Source of the DNA: Parachlamydiales bacterium
GTDB lineage: Bacteria > Chlamydiota > Chlamydiia > Chlamydiales > SM23-39
DNA: 64,000 nucleotides
Direction of reading: 5' to 3'
Assembly: GCA_015661075.1 (NCBI GenBank)
Contig: JACVQJ010000003.1
Location: 28,623-92,622, forward strand
Positions 18,428 to 28,746 of this stretch are shown in pieces (the first letter of the stretch is position 1; every line of letters starts with the position of its first letter). The notes beneath the pieces were generated by a model that worked only from the letters and a program-made list of their open reading frames with translations, was not told the origin of the DNA and made no database searches. The translations under genes and the position numbers were made by a program.

Positions 18428-19027
18428 CTATAGGGTTTGGCGGCCCGTCAAGGCCCGAGACAAAGTGCCCCCATCGATATGATCCAGCGAGCTGCCGACA
18501 GGCAGGCCGAAGGCAAGCCGGGTGATTTTCACATTGGGGGAGGTGAGCCTTTCTTTTAAAAAGAGCGCTGTCGCATCGCCCTCCAGCGTCGAATCAAATG
18601 CAATGATCACTTCCTGCACCTGATTTTCGTGGATGCGCGATTCAATCCTGTCGACTCGCAGCTCGGCCGCATATCGTCCATCCAAGGGCGATAAGAGGTG
18701 CTCCACGACATGATATAGCCCACGAAACGCTCTGGTTTCTTCGATCGAATAGACATCGCGCGCCGAGGCGAGGATGCAGAGCGAATGGCCGTCTCTCAAT
18801 CGCGAATCGCAAAATTGGCATTGACCGAGTTGAGTGAGGCAGCCGCATGTAGTGCACGGTGGAATTTTATTGCGGATCTGAGCCAGAAGCCCCCCAAAAT
18901 GGGTGAGTTCGTCGGAGCCCCAATTGATGAATTCAAAGGCGAATCGCTCAGCGGTCTTGCTCCCGATGCCTGGTAATTTTTTTAGAGCGGCGATCAAGTT
19001 TTGTAAGTCTTCGGGGTATTTTGGCAT
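18428..19027 (-). CDS. recR: recombination protein RecR
   Basis: 199 aa. HhH N-terminus (..LPGIGSKTAER..), a C4 zinc finger (CTTCGC..CQFC) and a Toprim domain. Confidence 0.95.
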   Translation of the reverse strand: MPKYPEDLQNLIAALKKLPGIGSKTAERFAFEFINWGSDELTHFGGLLAQIRNKIPPCTTCGCLTQLGQCQFCDSRLRDGHSLCILASARDVYSIEETRAFRGLYHVVEHLLSPLDGRYAAELRVDRIESRIHENQVQEVIIAFDSTLEGDATALFLKERLTSPNVKITRLAFGLPVGSSLDHIDGGTLSRALTGRQTL

Positions 19028-19246
19028 GGCTTAATTAATAAGTTTGAGGGTGTTGTTGTCTGTAAGTCTTTGTGTGTGAGTGGTTAGTAATTTAAAACAC
19101 TCATAACATCATCATATCCTTTTACAATATTTTATGGAAGTTCGGGAAAAATGAGCCAGCTCTTCTCTTTTAAAGAAAAATAGGGTACACTTTGTGTCAC
19201 TGATTTTTTATGTTTTTTTGCGGTTTGTATTAATGAAAAACAACAG

Positions 19247-20245
19247 ATGGCTTTGAAAGCGAGAATTATAGGAACCGGATCTTATTTGCCTGAGCGCGTT
19301 TTGTCGAACAGCGATCTTGAAAAGATCGTCGAGACGACCGACGAATGGATCGTCACGCGAACAGGAATGAAGGAAAGGCGCATCGCGCGCAGCGACGAAT
19401 TTTCTTCGGATATGGGGATTCATGCGTCCAGGGCGGCAATATCCGACGCCGGCCTGAGCGTGGATGATATCGATTTTATTCTAGTGGCAACGACGACTCC
19501 GGATTATTTATTTCCCAGTACAGCGTGTCTGATTCAGCATGGCCTGGGCGCTCAGCATGCCGGCGCTGTGGATTTGCTCGCCGCCTGTACCGGATATCTG
19601 TATGCATTGTCTGTTGCCAAGGCCTTTGTTGAAGCGGGCATGTATCGAAATGTGCTGGTCGTCGCAGCGGAAAAGCTCTCTGCCATCACCAATTATAAGG
19701 ATCGTTCCACTTGCGTACTCTTCGGCGATGGAGCGGGTGCTTGCGTCGTTTCTTCTGCCGGCAAGGGGTTGGCTATTTCGAATATCCGCCTCGGATCGGA
19801 TGGCGAGCAGGCCCAATTTGTTATCATGCCAGCGGGCGGCTGCCGCATGCCGGCGTCCGTCGATACAGTGCAAAATGATCAACATTTTATTCGAATGGCG
19901 GGGTCAGAGACGTTCAAGCACGCCGTGCGCCGGATGGAGTCCGCCTGCAAAGGCTGCCTGGAAGACGCTGGTTTAGCTGAGAGCGATATCAGCTGGCTGA
20001 TTCCCCATCAGGCCAATTTGCGCATCATTGAAGCCATCGCCAAGCGCTTCGAGCATCTTCCGCCTGAGCGGATTTACAAGACGATCCACAAATATGGAAA
20101 TACTTCCTCATCGACGATTGGAATCGCGCTCGACGAGCTGCTCAAGCAGAGCCAAGTAAAAAATGGCGAACATATTTTATTGACAGCCTTCGGCAGCGGT
20201 TTTACGTGGGGAGCGGCACTGCTCACAGCAGGAGACGGGTTATGA
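19247..20245 (+). CDS. fabH: 3-oxoacyl-ACP synthase III
   Basis: Active-site blocks ..AACTGY.., ..PHQANLRI.., ..GNTSSSTI... Confidence 0.95.
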   Translation: MALKARIIGTGSYLPERVLSNSDLEKIVETTDEWIVTRTGMKERRIARSDEFSSDMGIHASRAAISDAGLSVDDIDFILVATTTPDYLFPSTACLIQHGLGAQHAGAVDLLAACTGYLYALSVAKAFVEAGMYRNVLVVAAEKLSAITNYKDRSTCVLFGDGAGACVVSSAGKGLAISNIRLGSDGEQAQFVIMPAGGCRMPASVDTVQNDQHFIRMAGSETFKHAVRRMESACKGCLEDAGLAESDISWLIPHQANLRIIEAIAKRFEHLPPERIYKTIHKYGNTSSSTIGIALDELLKQSQVKNGEHILLTAFGSGFTWGAALLTAGDGL

Positions 20246-21186
20246 AAAATATTGCGTTTCTTTTTCCCGGCCAGGGCGCCCAATATCCCGGAATGGGGAA
20301 AGATTTTTTTGATGCGTTTGAGATAGCCCGCCACACCTTTGAAGAGGCGGACGACTTGCTCTCTTTTCATCTGAGCCAGGTGATTTTTGAGGGGCCTGCG
20401 GCTCTTCTGACGGAAACCCGATACAGCCAGGCCGCGATCTTCGTCAACAGTATGGCCATGATGCGCACTTTGCAAGAGCTGCTACCTGAATTAATTCCGG
20501 CCGTTTGTTCGGGGTTGAGTTTGGGCGAATACACCGCTTTGTGTGCCTCCGGCCGGCTCAGCTTTGCCGAGACGCTTCGTTTGATCCAGCTGCGCGGCGA
20601 GTATTTGAATGACGCCTGCGTCAGAACGAAAGGGTCCATGTCCGCCGTTTTAGGACTTGAGGCGCAGGATGTCGAGGAAGCCATCCGGTCGATTCCTCAA
20701 GTATGGATTGCGAATTTCAATTGCCCGGGACAGACGGTGATTTCCGGAACGCACGATGGGATCCGGGCGGCCGGCGAAGTGCTGAAGCAAAAGGGCGCCA
20801 AGCGGTTGATTCCGTTGCAGGTGCAGGGAGCATTTCATAGCAGGTTGATGCAAAGCGCTCAGGATCGGCTTAAATTCCGGATTGCCGAGGCGAACATTGT
20901 TGACAGCGCAACCGGCTTTGTGATGAATGTCACGGGCAGTTATGTCGATGGGATCGATCCGGTCAAAGACAATCTTACGCGCCAGGTGACCCATTCAGTT
21001 CGGTGGGAGCAGGGCGTCCGTGCGATGATGGAAAAGGGCGTTTCGCTCTATCTGGAAATCGGATGCGGGAAGACCTTGACTGGCATGAATAAAAAAATGG
21101 GCATGACGCAGCCATTTTTCAGTATTGAAAAGGTGTGTGATCTGGATGGGGTGGCCCGTCAGATTGAAGGGGTTGTGGGTATATAA
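20242..21186 (+). CDS. fabD: malonyl-CoA:ACP transacylase
   Basis: ..FLFPGQGAQY.. and ..GLSLGEYTAL... Start moved to MKNIAFLF (20242), which gives an ATGA overlap with the fabH stop. Confidence 0.93.
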   Translation: MKNIAFLFPGQGAQYPGMGKDFFDAFEIARHTFEEADDLLSFHLSQVIFEGPAALLTETRYSQAAIFVNSMAMMRTLQELLPELIPAVCSGLSLGEYTALCASGRLSFAETLRLIQLRGEYLNDACVRTKGSMSAVLGLEAQDVEEAIRSIPQVWIANFNCPGQTVISGTHDGIRAAGEVLKQKGAKRLIPLQVQGAFHSRLMQSAQDRLKFRIAEANIVDSATGFVMNVTGSYVDGIDPVKDNLTRQVTHSVRWEQGVRAMMEKGVSLYLEIGCGKTLTGMNKKMGMTQPFFSIEKVCDLDGVARQIEGVVGI

Positions 21187-21939
21187 ATGCAATTCACAGG
21201 TAAGACAGTTCTTGTCACGGGCGGATCGGCCGGCATTGGCCGGGAAATTGCACTGGCGTTTGCGAAAAATGGGGCCAGCGTGGCGATTTTTGGAACCAAT
21301 GAAGAGCGCTCGCAGGGAGTGGTCCGCGAGATGGAGTCTTTGAAAATCGATAACGCCCAGCGGTTCGGCTATTATCTCGTCGATGTCTCGAAAACGAAAG
21401 AGGTGGAGACGACCATCCTCCAACTTCTCAGTGCCTGGGGCCAGGTCGATATTCTAGTCAATAATGCGGGGATTACTCGCGATAATCTGCTCATGCGGAT
21501 GAGCGAAGAAGATTGGGATTTAGTTGTTGATGTCAATTTAAAATCAATTTATAACACCTGCCGTATTTTGGCTCGGCCCATGATGAAAGCGAGGGCCGGG
21601 AAGATTATTAACATTACCTCTGTCATTGGATTGACGGGGAATGCAGGACAGGTGAATTATTCCGCCTCCAAGGCGGGTATGATCGGCTTCACAAAATCGC
21701 TGGCCAAGGAATTGGCCTCTCGCGGCATATGCGTCAATTGCGTGGCGCCCGGTTATATTCAAACTCAGATGACCGAGGGACTTTCGCCTCAAGTCAAAAA
21801 CGAGGTTCTATCCAAAGTTCCGCTTTCCCGCATCGGGCAGCCCAGTGAAGTGGCTCATGCGGTCCTATTTCTTGCGAGCGATCAGGCGAACTATATCACA
21901 GGCCAGGTGCTCACAGTCGATGGCGGAATGGTCATGTAA
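21187..21939 (+). CDS. fabG: 3-oxoacyl-ACP reductase
   Basis: SDR motifs ..TGGSAGIG.., ..NNAG.., ..YSASKAG... Confidence 0.95.
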   Translation: MQFTGKTVLVTGGSAGIGREIALAFAKNGASVAIFGTNEERSQGVVREMESLKIDNAQRFGYYLVDVSKTKEVETTILQLLSAWGQVDILVNNAGITRDNLLMRMSEEDWDLVVDVNLKSIYNTCRILARPMMKARAGKIINITSVIGLTGNAGQVNYSASKAGMIGFTKSLAKELASRGICVNCVAPGYIQTQMTEGLSPQVKNEVLSKVPLSRIGQPSEVAHAVLFLASDQANYITGQVLTVDGGMVM

Positions 21940-21962
21940 GCAATGTTTAAATATGAGGAAAT

Positions 21963-22202
21963 ATGTCAGTTCAACAAGAAGTAATGGATATCATTATAGA
22001 GCAGCTCGGGGTGGATGCGAACGATGTGGCTCCCGAAAAGTCATTCGTTGAAGATCTCAATGCCGATTCATTGGATCTCACTGAGCTGATCATGACATTT
22101 GAAGAGCGCTTCGGTTTTGAAATCTCAGAAGAAGATGCCGAGAAGCTCAAGACCGTCGGCGATGTCATCAGTTACATCGAAAAAAGAAAAGTGAAAGTCT
22201 GA
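21963..22202 (+). CDS. acpP: acyl carrier protein
   Basis: 79 aa with the phosphopantetheine site ..[13 protein letters not shown]... Confidence 0.95.
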   Translation: MSVQQEVMDIIIEQLGVDANDVAPEKSFVEDLNADSLDLTELIMTFEERFGFEISEEDAEKLKTVGDVISYIEKRKVKV

Positions 22203-22211
22203 GTTCCATTA

Positions 22212-22246
22212 AAAGCCAAATGATGGTTTGATCATTTGGCTTTTTA
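22212..22246 (+). terminator. rho-independent terminator after acpP
   Basis: The hairpin aaagccaaatgat-ggtttg-atcatttggcttt is followed by tt, directly after the acpP stop. Confidence 0.7.
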
Positions 22247-22296
22247 CAGGTTTGGATTGCCTGTGCCCTAATCGTTACCCACCTGTCTAACTATTG

Positions 22297-23292
22297 TTAA
22301 AGCGTTGGTTTCAGGATCTGAATGCAAAGCAGATGAAGATCTTTCTGCAGATCTTTGCGTTTGGTGGCAAACGAGATTTCCTTATGGAGCATCGCGGCCG
22401 TTGTCTCTATGCCGTCTTGGGCAAAATACTTTAATGTTTTCGTCAAAAGGTCGGACATTTTCTGCGGTTCTTTGAAAAAAGACGCAAAGCCGTGGTTCAT
22501 GAGAAAAACAAAGTCTCCGGCCGCTACTCGGCGCTTGCCTTTCAGTTGTTTTAGATCCCCATCTTCCACCGACCAGATATAGGGCGTGGCGCAGTTGGCC
22601 GATTGGGATGATATCATCGATCGCTCCCTGTTCAAAGTAATGCGCAGCGAGGGAAACGGCAGTTTTTCCTGGGGATGGTCTTTCGAGAGTTTGTATTGGG
22701 TTAACAGCTGATACATTCCATCAAACCCTACCTGGTTGGCTTCTGCCAGATAAATGCTCAGGAGCTCGGGGCGGTCCGAAGCGGGGAAATCGACGAGCAA
22801 ACCGCGGGTGGAGGCGGAAGGGAAAGAGATGGCTTTAACAGCGATCGCCTCGGATGAACACTCATCGATGTTTTTTTGCAGCATCAGGTGTTGCAGCAGC
22901 CGCGCGCACTCGGCCTCGCCATACATGCGCTCCCAAAGTCGCGAATTTTCCTTCAGCCGGTTGATGTTTTCAAGCAGGCACTCGCTCATGGTGTTGAGCG
23001 TATTGGCCAGCTCTTTCAGCTCTCTTGGGCCGGTTACCTGAATCGATTCGCCATAATGACCCGCGGCAATCGCCAGAGCGGAATTGTTCAGCTTTTGTAC
23101 CGGTTCGGAAATTTTTCCCGCGATGAAATACAACGAAACCGTCGCGATGATAGCCAGGAGTGCAACGCCGAGAACAGCCAGATGGGTGTGCTCGATAAAA
23201 ATCCGGCTATAGCATAAGAGGAGGGCGATCAATATGATGTCTCCGACCAATGCGGGAAGAAGAGAGAGCAGCAAACGGGTGCGGATTTTCAT
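22297..23292 (-). CDS. membrane HAMP-domain protein with degenerate PPM/SpoIIE-like (RsbU-like) C-terminal domain
   Basis: Start moved to MKIRTRLLL (23292), giving an ATGA overlap with the upstream stop. Two TM helices with a very short loop, then a HAMP-like segment (..ISEPVQKLNNSALAIAAGHYGESIQVTGPRELKELANTLNTMSECL..). The C-terminus aligns by eye to the SpoIIE/PP2C fold, but the expected metal-binding Asp positions read ..YLAEANQVGFDG.. and ..FLMNHGF... Confidence 0.6.
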   Translation of the reverse strand: MKIRTRLLLSLLPALVGDIILIALLLCYSRIFIEHTHLAVLGVALLAIIATVSLYFIAGKISEPVQKLNNSALAIAAGHYGESIQVTGPRELKELANTLNTMSECLLENINRLKENSRLWERMYGEAECARLLQHLMLQKNIDECSSEAIAVKAISFPSASTRGLLVDFPASDRPELLSIYLAEANQVGFDGMYQLLTQYKLSKDHPQEKLPFPSLRITLNRERSMISSQSANCATPYIWSVEDGDLKQLKGKRRVAAGDFVFLMNHGFASFFKEPQKMSDLLTKTLKYFAQDGIETTAAMLHKEISFATKRKDLQKDLHLLCIQILKPTL

Positions 23293-23732
23293 GGCGCTCG
23301 CTGAGCAGCTCCATTGAGACGGCATGAAAGGGGGTTGGCATAGCTTTGCAATAGAGCCACGGCCACAGAGGGGCACTCCGAAATGACAGATAACAAATGG
23401 CTGCGCGAAAGGATGAATAGCCGGACATCGGTTTTGCAGATGGCAAAATAGCTTCTGGGCTGCTCATTGAATAGAGACTCATCTCCAAAAAAGTCTCCCG
23501 AATTCAGTTCGCATACCGCGCGCATGCGCTCATCGAGGATTTGCACAGTGCCGTCGTAGATGATGTACATGCGGTTCGCCGCTTGATGCAGGGAAAACAC
23601 CTGATCTTTCTGGTCGTACTCGTCGTAGAGCAGTTTTTCGGCGATGGCCAATAGAAGATCGAGGTCGAGATCATTGAAGATCTTGACCTTTTTCAAAAAG
23701 AAAGCCTTTTCAATCAGACTAAAGTGTTTCAT
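23289..23732 (-). CDS. stand-alone cyclic-nucleotide-binding (cNMP/CAP-effector) domain protein
   Basis: 147 aa. ..FFLKKVKIFNDLDLDLLLAIA..NSGDFFGDESLFNEQPRSYFAICKTDVRLFILSRSHL.. is a typical cNMP-binding beta-roll. No HTH or other output domain. ATGA overlaps at both ends. Confidence 0.8.
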   Translation of the reverse strand: MKHFSLIEKAFFLKKVKIFNDLDLDLLLAIAEKLLYDEYDQKDQVFSLHQAANRMYIIYDGTVQILDERMRAVCELNSGDFFGDESLFNEQPRSYFAICKTDVRLFILSRSHLLSVISECPSVAVALLQSYANPLSCRLNGAAQRAP

Positions 23733-26515
23733 GTCTCTAACAGCTCATAGGCAAAGTGATGGAACGTTTCATCGGAGCGCTTGATTTGCTCGCGCAGCTC
23801 CTGGCGCCAGTTCGGCATTTGCAGCATGGCCTTTAAACGGGCCGCGACGACTTTATCGTACAAGGAACCCGAGCGATCCAGCGTGGCCAGCAAATCCGAA
23901 AGCGACAACTGGGGTAAATCTTTTTTGAAGCGCAGACAGGCCGCCAGCTTGTCTTCCAGGGGCCGATCATCGATCAGTGGAGAGATGCGTCGAAATAATC
24001 GCGGATCGCAGGTTCTTTCCAGGCTTTCGACAGCATTGGATTGAATTTTGGCATTGCGGCTATAGAGTGCGCGCGCCAGCATCTCCGGCTCTTGCAGTGA
24101 GCCTGCCGCCCCTAATAAATGGATTACGAAGTCAATCACGCTGCGAAAGCCGGTCAAAAGAGCGTTTTCCAGTAATTCAAGGTCGTAGAGCGGGTATTGT
24201 TTTTGAATCTTATGGCCAAAGTAAAAATAGAAATAGGCCCGGTCGATCTCGATTCCAATCACATCCGTCAGATTGGCCTGGAGTTGCGGCAGCGCTAACC
24301 GGCCCAGGATTTTTCCCGCCAGAATGCGGCTGCGGTCGGGAATGGACAAATCTTTGGTGAGAGACAAAAGAATGGGCACTGTTTTGAGCCCCATGGCAAT
24401 GATGATCTCTTCGGTTCGGCGCCGTTCGTTCGGACGGAAGTATACGCTAGCGGCAAGAAGGTCTTTCACGGTCGACGAATCGGCGATTTTACCGAGGGCG
24501 TCGAGGCAATAGAGGCGGAAAAAATTGTCACGCGACGATTCCAGCTCATCGATCAGGCGCGGCGCATCTCTACTGAAGTGGGGATCGGCCAGGCGCGCGA
24601 TGCAGCGCGCGGCGGAGCGCTTCACGAGAATCGCATCGTGAGATAAAAAGGGCAGCGCCTTCCCTGCGCCCTGCGGCACTTCGCCTTCGGCAAGAATGTC
24701 GAGCGCCATACTGATCTCATCGATGCGCGATGATTTCAGCATGATTTCGATCTTTTTCGTTGCGATCGCGCGATGGATGGCCGCCGTTTCGATGGGCTGG
24801 GAAACGAGAGATTTCTGCAGCGTCAATATAGCCGATCCTTGCAATAACAGATCGCTATTTTCCAGATCGTCTTCGACTTTTTCCGGATGATGCAATCCGC
24901 GCTTGGCGAGATAGAAGCTGGCCCATTTGCAAAATTCCGGCGATTCGCTTTCATTCATCCAGCTCGCGATGCTGTCCAGCACTCGGGCGTCGTTCGAAAA
25001 TGAACTGGCTTCGAACATTTTCAGCAGCTGGATTTTGCTCAGCGTGCCAAAACCGCGGCTCACTTCGAGAATCTGCGCGAGCACGGTTGCGTCGTGCAGC
25101 GACAAAAGCGATTCACAAGCCAGCAGGCGAACCTCTTCGCGGCCGCTACGGAGCGCCGCCAGAATGTCTTTGCGGGCCTCTTTCTGCTCCCTGCGACCCA
25201 TTGAGGCTAGCCAGTCCTTCAATTTTCGGTCAAAATGCAAGGCATTGTCTTTCAAATTGATCAGGATCGCTTTGGAATACAGGGCCCGGATCAAAAGAGT
25301 GATGGCGAGCGAAATGAGGGTCAGCGCCAAGCCTAGCCAGCGGCTGCCGGATTGCATCCCCAATAATAGCAATGAACTCACCAGCATTCCGATCGGCTCG
25401 AAAAAGGAGTCGTTGATGATGCGTACCTTTGACTTCAGCTGTGCTGGCACGGCATTGGACAGGAGATTGAAGCAGTTGTCTTCTATGGTAAACAGAATGC
25501 CGTCGACCGCAATGAGCCCCAAGATAGCGATAATGAGGGTATCGTATGTGACCCATTGAGAATAAACAGCCAAAAAGAAGATCGGCGTGATCAAAATGGC
25601 GTTGCAAAGGCCGATGCGCCTCACGAAGCGGCTATAGAAGAAAAATCCGACCAGGATATTGCAAGCCGAGATATAGGCGCGGCATTTGCCCAGAAATTCG
25701 GCGATCGTTCCAACCGAAATCCCGGATTCGGCCGAATTAAAAATCCGTCCAAAACTATCCATATAACTGTATTCGGAAACGGTGATCAGCAGCTGTGTGA
25801 TCAGGCTCAATGAAAGAAGATAGATGGTGAAAGGGGAGCGGCTGATGAGTTTGACGATTGAGGCAAAACCGCTGCGATCGGTTGAGAATACGCCATCCAC
25901 GGTGTCATCGTGCACAGCAGGGGTTTTGTGTGCGATGGTTCGCGCTTCGGTCAAGGCGATGAGCAATGATACTGCGGCGATAATCAATAGAGCGGGGATT
26001 CCTAGCATGTTCAGGGCGATGTTGATGAGAATGCCCGAGCAGATGTTCCCCAAAAAATATGCAGCGCTATAGAGAGAATAGACTCTTTTCGCGTCCTGCA
26101 GATCGTGGTATTGGTCGATGAATGTCCAGGAACAGGCAATCAAAACGGTAAAGAGCATCCGGGAGGCGATTTTAAAAGCGTACCAAAATATGAGCGGGGG
26201 CGAGCCGCTCACAAAAAAGGCCGATGAGGCGCAAAGAAGGGCGCCGATGCTGATGGCAATGGTCAAAATTCGATAGGGACTTGTGAATCGCAAACAATAG
26301 AGCACGATCGTTGAGACGCAAACCATTGAAAGGGAGGTTATTAAAAAAACGATCGGAAGAAATTGGGCGCCGGCTTTTTCTAGAAAAAACCCATCGGATA
26401 GAGTCTCGAGGGTTGTTATTCCAAGAGCCCAGAAAATGGCCAGACGGGCAAATCGCAATGATTTGATCCCCTCACCGGGATAAATACCAAAAACTTTTTG
26501 AAAAAGGCGTTGCAT
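23729..26515 (-). CDS. 12-TM TLC/MFS-like transporter domain fused to a ~500-aa HEAT/ARM-repeat domain
   Basis: 928 aa. The N-terminal ~420 aa are polytopic and resemble the Npt/TLC-MFS style. The remainder is helical repeats of HEAT type (..VRLLACESLLSL.., ..VKRSAARCIARLADP.., ..FRLYCLDALGKIAD.., ..IQSNAVESLERTCDP..). Confidence 0.7.
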   Translation of the reverse strand: MQRLFQKVFGIYPGEGIKSLRFARLAIFWALGITTLETLSDGFFLEKAGAQFLPIVFLITSLSMVCVSTIVLYCLRFTSPYRILTIAISIGALLCASSAFFVSGSPPLIFWYAFKIASRMLFTVLIACSWTFIDQYHDLQDAKRVYSLYSAAYFLGNICSGILINIALNMLGIPALLIIAAVSLLIALTEARTIAHKTPAVHDDTVDGVFSTDRSGFASIVKLISRSPFTIYLLSLSLITQLLITVSEYSYMDSFGRIFNSAESGISVGTIAEFLGKCRAYISACNILVGFFFYSRFVRRIGLCNAILITPIFFLAVYSQWVTYDTLIIAILGLIAVDGILFTIEDNCFNLLSNAVPAQLKSKVRIINDSFFEPIGMLVSSLLLLGMQSGSRWLGLALTLISLAITLLIRALYSKAILINLKDNALHFDRKLKDWLASMGRREQKEARKDILAALRSGREEVRLLACESLLSLHDATVLAQILEVSRGFGTLSKIQLLKMFEASSFSNDARVLDSIASWMNESESPEFCKWASFYLAKRGLHHPEKVEDDLENSDLLLQGSAILTLQKSLVSQPIETAAIHRAIATKKIEIMLKSSRIDEISMALDILAEGEVPQGAGKALPFLSHDAILVKRSAARCIARLADPHFSRDAPRLIDELESSRDNFFRLYCLDALGKIADSSTVKDLLAASVYFRPNERRRTEEIIIAMGLKTVPILLSLTKDLSIPDRSRILAGKILGRLALPQLQANLTDVIGIEIDRAYFYFYFGHKIQKQYPLYDLELLENALLTGFRSVIDFVIHLLGAAGSLQEPEMLARALYSRNAKIQSNAVESLERTCDPRLFRRISPLIDDRPLEDKLAACLRFKKDLPQLSLSDLLATLDRSGSLYDKVVAARLKAMLQMPNWRQELREQIKRSDETFHHFAYELLET

Positions 26516-26579
26516 CTCACTCGTAAAAACGGGCTGTTAGTCTTTATATTATACGATATCGAGGCATTATTTCTCTGTT

Positions 26580-26723
26580 TTGAACGCATTTCTTGCCGCA
26601 ATCCCACCCCTTCAGGGGTGGGTCTAGGCAAGATATTTTATTCGTGCGGTAAGCGGCTTTAGCCGCACCGCCTCCAAAAGCTACGTAAAGAATCTCCTCC
26701 TTTTAAGGAGGAGTTCTTCAAAA
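26580..26723 (-). repeat. family C multi-stem-loop repeat, copy 1
   Basis: As a reverse complement it matches 45750-45904 nearly base for base. It contains stems cccacccc/ggggtggg, gcggc/gccgc, cttgcc/ggcaag and ctcctcc/ggaggag. Confidence 0.85.
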
Positions 26724-26758
26724 AATCTTTTTTAGCTGGTATTGACCTATACCATTAG

Positions 26759-26854
26759 CTCGACTTTGCAACTTTTTGGACCCGAAGGCCTCGAGATATT
26801 TGTTCTCGGAGCAAATAGACGAGGCAGGCGGGTCCAAAAAGTTGCAAAGTCGAG
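26759..26854 (-). mobile_element. family A element, short variant (96 bp) lacking the central module
   Basis: ctcgactttgcaactttttggacc..ggtccaaaaagttgcaaagtcgag. The arms are homologous to the two family A arm types. Flanking 5-mers attag / tttag match at 4 of 5 positions. Confidence 0.8.
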
Positions 26855-26980
26855 TTTAGATCTCCATTTCCGAGTTTGCGTGAATGGCCTGTTTATCCTT
26901 GAGGAAATTCGGCCAAGCGGTGTAGAACTATTGATACTTAAAATTTTTTAGCGCGGCTGTTTTGCGCTCAGAGGCAAAGT

Positions 26981-27934
26981 ATGGAAAGACATCACTTGGT
27001 AATCATTGGATCAGGACCGGCAGGTTATTGCGCGGCGATCTATGCGGCGCGAGCTAACTTGAAACCAGTTCTGTTCGAAGGTTTTATGTCGGGAACCGCA
27101 GGCGGACAGCTCATGATCACCACCGAAGTGGAAAATTACCCGGGTTTTCCCGATGGGATCCTGGGACCGCAATTGATGGAAAGCTTTCGAGCGCAGGCCA
27201 AGCGTTTCGGGACTGTCGTGTTCACAGAGGATGTTGAATCGATCGATTTGTCCAAAAAGCCGTTTTTTATCAAGAGCTCGCAGAACCAGATGTTAGCCGA
27301 TGCGATCATCATTGCGACAGGGGCTACGGCGAAGCGGATGGACATCGAGGGCACTCGCGACGGAGAGTTTTGGCAAAAGGGCGTGACGGCGTGCGCCGTA
27401 TGCGATGGGGCGGCGCCGATTTTTCGCAACAAACCGCTATTCGTGATCGGCGGCGGCGACAGCGCGGTTGAAGAAGCGATTTTTTTAACCAAATATGCCA
27501 GCCGTGTTTTTCTCGTCCACCGCCGCGATCAATTGCGAGCTTCGAAAATCATGGCGGCCCGCGCTCTGAAACATCCCAAGATTGAAGTACTCTGGAATCG
27601 GACCCTGGAAAAAGTACAGGGAGATCAGATCGTACGAAAGGTCATTTTACAAAACCTGTTGACCCATGAAATGGAACAGCGAGAGGCCGGCGGTGTATTT
27701 TTTGCCATCGGACATTCGCCCAACACAGTTTTTTTGCAAGGGCAGCTGAAATTGAATGATGCGGGATACATTGTTGTGAAGAAGGGAACTACATATACGA
27801 GCAAGGCGGGAATTTTTGCTGCGGGCGATGTGCAAGATCCAGTGTATCGGCAGGCGGTTACAGCAGCCGGCTCTGGATGCATGGCTGCGCTGGATGTCGA
27901 ACGGTGGCTGAGCAAAAAAGGAATTGTGGAATGA
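26981..27934 (+). CDS. trxB: thioredoxin reductase
   Basis: FAD motif GSGPAG, redox centre CAVCDG, NADPH motif [10 protein letters not shown]. Confidence 0.95.
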   Translation: MERHHLVIIGSGPAGYCAAIYAARANLKPVLFEGFMSGTAGGQLMITTEVENYPGFPDGILGPQLMESFRAQAKRFGTVVFTEDVESIDLSKKPFFIKSSQNQMLADAIIIATGATAKRMDIEGTRDGEFWQKGVTACAVCDGAAPIFRNKPLFVIGGGDSAVEEAIFLTKYASRVFLVHRRDQLRASKIMAARALKHPKIEVLWNRTLEKVQGDQIVRKVILQNLLTHEMEQREAGGVFFAIGHSPNTVFLQGQLKLNDAGYIVVKKGTTYTSKAGIFAAGDVQDPVYRQAVTAAGSGCMAALDVERWLSKKGIVE

Positions 27935-28746
27935 AGATTAAGGCAATCATCCTCAGCGTTTTGTTTTTTCCGGGGCTATGCCACAGTCTTGAAGTACAGC
28001 CATGGTTTGGCGACGTTTTTGAATTTCATTTTCTAGGTAGCTATGTTTACAGCCGTTTCAATAGCGTTCAGGGCGGAGATCCTCAGTTGAAGAGTCCTTT
28101 CAACTCAAATCTGGGTTATTTGGGATTGGAATTTTGTCCAACATCTGACTGGAGTATTGATGGCGATGTGCAGGTGGCGGATACGACGGCCGTGCCATTT
28201 AATTTTCGATCGGTGGCTCTGCAGCTGCGCTATCTATGGGCGGACGACATCGTTGGTAATCCTGTGACCTTTTCCACGGGAGCCAATTTCCGCGCTACTT
28301 CTGAGTCAGCCCTGCGCGATGTAAGCTGTCCTTCTCATGCCAATGTCGATTTTGAGATGAATTTTGCTCTTGGAAAGGAATTCGATGCTTCAGAGAGCTG
28401 GCGATGGCGGCTTTGGTGTTTTGGGGCTCTGGGTCAGGCGAATCGCGGATCGCCATGGGTGCGAGCGATGGCTGCCGTTGAAACGAACATCGATGATAAG
28501 CATAAATGGGGGCTTTTGGCGATAGGCAGCAATGGCTATGGCCGCCACTCTCATGTGAATACCGAACATTTTAACGGGTATGGAAAGATCCGGCAAAAAT
28601 CGATCGATGTGGGAATCCGCTACGGCTATCGCACAGGAGTCTGGGGGACGCTGCGCGTGGAATATCAACGGCGCGTCTTGGCAAAAGCATGTCCCCAGAA
28701 TGTTAACGCATTTATCTTTAGCTATTTGTTGCCATTCTCTCTTTAG
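27931..28746 (+). CDS. secreted hypothetical protein, possibly an outer-membrane beta-barrel
   Basis: Start moved to [19 protein letters not shown] (signal peptide), giving an ATGA overlap with the trxB stop. Alternating aromatic/polar beta-strand-like pattern. Ends ..[11 protein letters not shown]. Confidence 0.55.
   Translation: MKIKAIILSVLFFPGLCHSLEVQPWFGDVFEFHFLGSYVYSRFNSVQGGDPQLKSPFNSNLGYLGLEFCPTSDWSIDGDVQVADTTAVPFNFRSVALQLRYLWADDIVGNPVTFSTGANFRATSESALRDVSCPSHANVDFEMNFALGKEFDASESWRWRLWCFGALGQANRGSPWVRAMAAVETNIDDKHKWGLLAIGSNGYGRHSHVNTEHFNGYGKIRQKSIDVGIRYGYRTGVWGTLRVEYQRRVLAKACPQNVNAFIFSYLLPFSL

Noticed and set aside
26516-26580. A TATAAT hexamer (minus strand, within cgatatcgtataatataaag) as the promoter of the transporter-HEAT operon.
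   Set aside because: No acceptable -35 element lies at 16-19 nt spacing. It is too weak to report as a feature.
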